In this document: piece by piece, positions 61,694 to 64,000 of the stretch
Numbering within the stretch: position 1 is the stretch's first letter
How the letters are laid out: the number at the start of each line of letters is the position of its first letter
Assembly (NCBI GenBank): GCA_002633005.1
Contig: NMRA01000833.1
Span: forward strand, 1 to 64,000
Length of the DNA stretch: 64,000 nt
Direction: 5' to 3'
DNA from: Phoronis australis
Taxonomy: Eukaryota; Animalia; Phoronida
Position numbers and translations under genes: made by a program
The notes under the pieces: model-generated
What the model was told of the DNA's origin: nothing
Database searches by the model: none
What the model saw: only the letters and a program-made list of their open reading frames with translations

Positions 61694-62865
61694 CAATAGC
61701 TCACTTGCGAGTTTCTCGCTAGTCATTGTGACGTCACCGGAAAGGGGGCAAAACCCGCCATATTGCTCTTGTTTTGCCCCGAGTCTTTGCTACACACGCT
61801 AAAACTTACTGGAGTTCTTATGGTGAATTTTACGCTTAAAACGTTAAAACGACTTAAGATATGGTAGATGGGTCGTGGAATAACTGTGAATAGACGAACA
61901 AAATGTGACCTTGTTATGTTGTGCGAAGCTGTGAACGGACTGAAATTGGAACTTAACCCGCTCTAGGCCTGAATGGCGCAGGCATACAGGGGCGATAGTG
62001 TATCCCCATAAAAAGATATTCACTTCAAAATACAGCAAATAAAATCAAATGAAACATGCATATGTGCACAAGAAGTTATAATTAACACATACCCTGACTC
62101 TGGACACAATTTAGTCTACAAATAACTTGAGCATATTCATGAAAACCTCGCGGTCCTCTCGAGTTTCTCTCACTAAAGAGCCGCCATTTTGAGGAAGTTA
62201 CGTGAAATCACACCTGTTGACGAACTAAAAGTCCAAGGGACACAAATCTCACTTAATATTTTCTCATGCTATTTTGCAAGAGTCACGCGCCAGGTCACGC
62301 GCCAGATCTCGCGCTTCGCTCAGTCTCGCGCTAGCCTTTGCCTCATACTCACCTGACTCAGTTGAAATACTTGATTGTGGTAATCGCGCACGCGGACAAA
62401 GTTAACAGTAACCACAAAGTGGAGTTGGAATTCTTCGCCTAAGTCACCTGAATTCCCGTATATATGCTTCATCTAAGATATGTTTAGAAGCAGAAAGAGT
62501 CACTGAAGAAAGTAAGAGCCTTTTAGGTGCTAACTTTAGGTGTAGAATGTATTTTCGACGAGGTGAAAACTTTATCAGTGAGCGGATTTCGCCTACCGCC
62601 CGTTTAAAATACACGGGACGAAATTAGTACAGAACGCGATAGAACGTATTGTAGTGCGAATCTGAAGTTCATTTGCCATAACAGCAATGCTTTTGGACAT
62701 TTTTCGAACTAAACGGCTAAAAACTCGAAGACAATAACAGAATACACTCTGCTACCGTATTGGGCAAATGACCAAACGACAAGCTTTTGCCCCACTTCCC
62801 GTGACGTCACAATTAAGTCTCACATAATCTCGCGTTATTGTTATAAACTCGCAAAAGGCCTATTG
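61694..62865. mobile_element. Non-autonomous DNA transposon with CAATAG... inverted ends
   Basis: caatagc..cttgcgagttt...attgtgacgtcac.ggaa.gggggcaaaa mirrored at 62785-62865. Confidence 0.65.
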
Positions 62866-63821
62866 GGTAGTTTATGAACTACGTTGTGCATACTTCTATA
62901 AATTTAATGCATGGGGTATTTTTCACGTCCTCAACACGCTATTAAAGAATGTTTCCTAATGTGCTCTCGCCTTGCACAGTTAGTTGAACTGGCTCCATGT
63001 AAATTCAGATTCGTTCCCCAAACTCCAGTCCATGGCAATGCCAATCTAACGTCCATGTGAGCCCCCTCTTATATGCGCAGCAAAAGAATCTCATACCCGT
63101 TGTCAAATCTCATACTGCCGGAATAAACTGCAGTTCCGCACATTAATTCCCGCACCTTGCTTTCTAGGGATGTTTGAAGCCTGACAGTCCAGACACGACG
63201 TTAACGAAAAAATAGTTTCGGCTTCCACAGTGCATGGATAATAAACCTCGTTAGTACTATTTGACCAAAAATTGGTTCCGTTTCCCGCTTTCATTGGCTG
63301 CTTTAGTGAACAATTAGTTGTTGCCATCAGAGATAAAAAGCATTAGGGAGCAAAAGCATGTTGTATACCTTGGTTACATGTCGGTCAATGTTCAGCCCAT
63401 ACCGCCCGTTCAGTTTCATCCCGATCCATATAGTGATACCTGTAGGACAGTTTTTGGTCGTACATGTATCTGTTGGATATCGCGTTTGGTGATTTTAGGC
63501 GCAAGAACCGACCTGGGAACTGTTCAAGATAATTACCCTTCTGTTGGCTGATGTAACATTTGTCAGATTGAAGGTTATCGGATCATCTTCGGAAGTTTCA
63601 TGTGACCGAAGCATTAAATTTGTCCCATAATGACTGGTATGGTTTGACATCACTGGTCTTTTACCGCAGCCTCCATTAAGTCCTCGCTGTACGTAAAATT
63701 TCCCGATTTAGCACTTTTCAGGAAGCCTCTGACCTAGCTCTGCACGCTTTAAGATTGGAGGAATTTGGAGGGAAATATCTCAAATCAAAAACTTGATTGG
63801 TCTATTCGTACATTAGATTAA

Positions 63822-64000
63822 AGGCGAAGGCAATCTTTCTCCGTGTCATTTTTAGCAAAAATAAGGTTCGTTGATTATCCCAGGCATATTTTTCACTTAT
63901 TTACTGCTTTTCGTTATTTAATTATTACTCGTCGTCTACTCCGGAAGTAACTTTTTGGGAGGCAAGAATTTCTCGCCTATTTCTTTTCATATAGTGTGAC
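63822..64000 (+). mobile_element. Terminus of another copy of the 55205 Kolobok family (runs off window)
   Basis: TTAA|AGGCGAAGGCAA...ataaggttcgttgattatcccag...tactccggaagt matches the 55205/56499 inverted ends. Confidence 0.85.

Overview
Animal genomic DNA, AT-rich, with spliceosomal introns and three N gaps. A marine invertebrate (lophotrochozoan-like) source is likely, but the taxon cannot be fixed from this window. The ORF track is mostly noise; the real coding content is about 30 small phase-1/phase-1 exons on the + strand. Gene A (3' part, 366-21219) has 13 single-exon copies of a ~41-aa six-Cys module (VPCxSGGxxCPxNSxCx6CxCxxGYxxxxGxC, EGF/EB-module-like), one calcium-binding EGF exon and a terminal chitin-binding type-2 (CBM14) exon with stop and AATAAA. 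Gene B (35257 to beyond 61614, possible 5' exons near 27.2-27.8 kb and 34.9 kb) is a tandem paralog: one module, five EGF/cbEGF exons, then nine more modules built from duplicated exon pairs. Introns and the spacer are filled with TEs: Kolobok (TTAA TSD, THAP plus KolX/P2X7-ballast-like remnants), Academ (TTC TSD, XPG-like remnant), an ISL2EU/Harbinger fragment, a LINE RT fragment, MITEs and minisatellites. One minisatellite amplified an exon's splice donor 11 times. The best candidate for a new system is a tandem family of secreted, modular, Lys/Cys-rich chitin-anchored matrix proteins assembled from frame-preserving 123-nt exons.
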